IMG/VR virus record: IMGVR_UViG_3300048861_000082
Coordinates: 1-44,556 of that record
Length of the DNA: 44,556 nt
Source of the DNA: a virus
Lineage: Duplodnaviria > Caudoviricetes
Reading direction: 5' to 3' (one strand)
In this document: positions 42,990 to 44,556 of the stretch, in pieces
Layout of the letters: each line of letters begins with the position of its first letter
How positions within the stretch are numbered: position 1 is the stretch's first letter
Program-made: the position numbers and the translations under genes
The notes under the pieces: generated by a model
Databases searched by the model: none
Seen by the model: only the letters and a program-made list of their open reading frames with translations
Told to the model about the DNA's origin: nothing

Positions 42990-44069
42990 ATGAACAACTG
43001 GATAGATAAGTGCCACTTTGGCGACTGCCGCGACACGATGCGCGCAATGATCGCGGACGGCGTGAAGGTGCAAACGATCGTAACGTCGCCGCCGTACTGG
43101 GGGCTCCGCGACTATGGCGTTGATGGTCAGATCGGTCATGAGCCGACGTTACGCGAATTCATCGACACTCTCACCGGTGTGTTCGAACTGTGCCGCGAGC
43201 TGCTCGCCGATGACGGTACTGCGTGGGTCAACATGGGCGACGCGTACGCGAACGACGGCAAATGGGGCGGATCAACTGGCGGAAAGCACGTGGCAGCGCT
43301 TCACGGCGACAGCGGCGTTGGCCGCTCCAAGCGCACTACCGGCCTGAAGGCTAAAGACTTGATGGGCCAGCCGTGGCGTCTCGCCTTCGCGCTGCAGGAT
43401 GCCGGCTGGTATCTGCGCCAAGACATCATCTGGCACAAGCCAAACCCGATGCCCGAGTCAACACGTGATCGCTGCACGAAAGCTCACGAGTACCTGTTCC
43501 TGCTCACTAAGAGCCCCCGCTACTACTACGATCAAGCAGCCATTCGGACACCGGCCTCTGCGAAAACGACGCAACTGAGCTACGACACGTTCGATGGCGA
43601 TCGGCGCGCTGCCTACAAGATGCCTGATGGCTGGAATACTGGCGCTGGCGCTCACGGTTCGTTTCATCCCGAGGGGCGGGAGAAGGGCCGCACGGCTCGC
43701 GACACATTCAAGCGCGAAGACAGCAAGCGCGCCGTCGCACATCCAGGCCAGACCATGGGCACGCACCGTCCAGACCGCGCCGACAGCGACTATGACCTGA
43801 GCACGGCGAACCGCCGCAGTGTGTGGACGATCGCCACCGAGGCGTACCCCGGCGCGCACTTCGCCACTTTCCCCGAGGCGCTCGTCGAGCCATGCGTGTT
43901 GGCCGGCTCGCGCGCCGGCGACATCGTATTTGACCCGTTTTTCGGCAGCGGCACCACCGGCCAAGTAGCCGCGCGGCTCGGCCGCAAGTTCATTGGCTGC
44001 GAACTCAACCCGGCATACGAAGCCCTCCAGCGCGATCGCATCCGCGAGCGTGGTTTCGAGTTCGCCTAA
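42990..44069 (+). CDS. Orphan DNA methyltransferase (N4-C/N6-A, beta-class order)
   Basis: TSPPYWGLRDY catalytic motif at N-terminus, DPFFGSGTT SAM-binding motif at C-terminus. Confidence 0.93.
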   Translation: MNNWIDKCHFGDCRDTMRAMIADGVKVQTIVTSPPYWGLRDYGVDGQIGHEPTLREFIDTLTGVFELCRELLADDGTAWVNMGDAYANDGKWGGSTGGKHVAALHGDSGVGRSKRTTGLKAKDLMGQPWRLAFALQDAGWYLRQDIIWHKPNPMPESTRDRCTKAHEYLFLLTKSPRYYYDQAAIRTPASAKTTQLSYDTFDGDRRAAYKMPDGWNTGAGAHGSFHPEGREKGRTARDTFKREDSKRAVAHPGQTMGTHRPDRADSDYDLSTANRRSVWTIATEAYPGAHFATFPEALVEPCVLAGSRAGDIVFDPFFGSGTTGQVAARLGRKFIGCELNPAYEALQRDRIRERGFEFA

Positions 44070-44116
44070 CCCCATCCGCGCAGCGCGCGAAGCAACCGAA
44101 CAAGGAGTGAGAGACC

Positions 44117-44404
44117 ATGAGCACAATCAATGAACTTTGCGCCCGCCAGTACGACTGGGTCGAGCGCATGGGCTGGCATAACAAGACTGTACTTGAAGCA
44201 CTGGCGCTGATCGCATCGGAAGTCGGCGAAGCAGTCAACGAATGCCGCGGGGAAGAACCCACCGAGGCGTTTGGCGAGGAACTCGCGGACATTCTGCTGC
44301 GGACCTTCGATCTGGCTCAGTGGCAAGGGATCGACCTCGAAGCGGCCATTCTGAGAAAGATGGCGATCAACGAACAACGCGGCACGCGCGGCCGGCGAAT
44401 CTGA
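44117..44404 (+). CDS. MazG-like nucleotide pyrophosphohydrolase
   Basis: LALIASEVGEAVNE...EELADILLR..DLA....IDLE.AI..KM..N. Confidence 0.85.
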   Translation: MSTINELCARQYDWVERMGWHNKTVLEALALIASEVGEAVNECRGEEPTEAFGEELADILLRTFDLAQWQGIDLEAAILRKMAINEQRGTRGRRI

Positions 44405-44414
44405 GGACGAGACC

Positions 44415-44556
44415 ATGAGCAATGAAGAAGCAGTGCCGAGCCCGACCGACGCGCAAAAGAGCGCGGCGATTACAGCGTGCGCGTTGATGATCAAAGGCAT
44501 TTGCCTGACGACGCCGGACGCAGAGTGGATCGCGCGTATCGAAAATCGCATCCACT
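44415..44556 (+). CDS. Hypothetical protein, truncated by window end
   Basis: GAGG RBS, MSNEEAVPSPTDAQK..., open to the window edge. Confidence 0.5.
   Translation, partial: MSNEEAVPSPTDAQKSAAITACALMIKGICLTTPDAEWIARIENRIH

Larger units (their letters stand above)
1..44556. mobile_element. Lambdoid temperate prophage (partial): lambda-like head, Mu-like contractile tail, cI/cro immunity region, DGR
   Basis: Continuous phage gene content and lambdoid operon layout across the window; ends, att sites and integrase not seen. Confidence 0.95.

Overview
The whole window is part of a temperate lambdoid prophage, GC-rich and probably from a Burkholderiaceae host (inferred from gene content). No integrase or att site is visible. 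From left to right it holds: a LexA-box gene and a hicAB toxin-antitoxin moron; a lysis module with a GH19 endolysin; a Mu-like contractile tail module with a beta-helix tailspike; a lambda-like head and packaging module with a candidate cos; Q and pR'; nin-type genes; a replication initiator with iterons; a cro/cI switch with lambda-spaced operators; a three-gene RelE-like/HTH/unknown cassette in the rexAB position; and the pL early operon. The main find is a complete diversity-generating retroelement (DGR) at 39383-41962. It has two tandem paralogous DUF1566/C-type-lectin-like targets (VR1, VR2), avd, a template repeat (TR) and a DGR reverse transcriptase. The VRs differ from the TR almost only at adenines (7 of 8 and 16 of 17 differences). 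Unlike the textbook phage DGR it does not diversify a tail fibre. It sits in the CI-controlled early operon and targets two small, apparently cytoplasmic proteins. The TR appears to lie inside the RT reading frame, and both VRs are followed by a 3x8-nt repeat instead of a hairpin.
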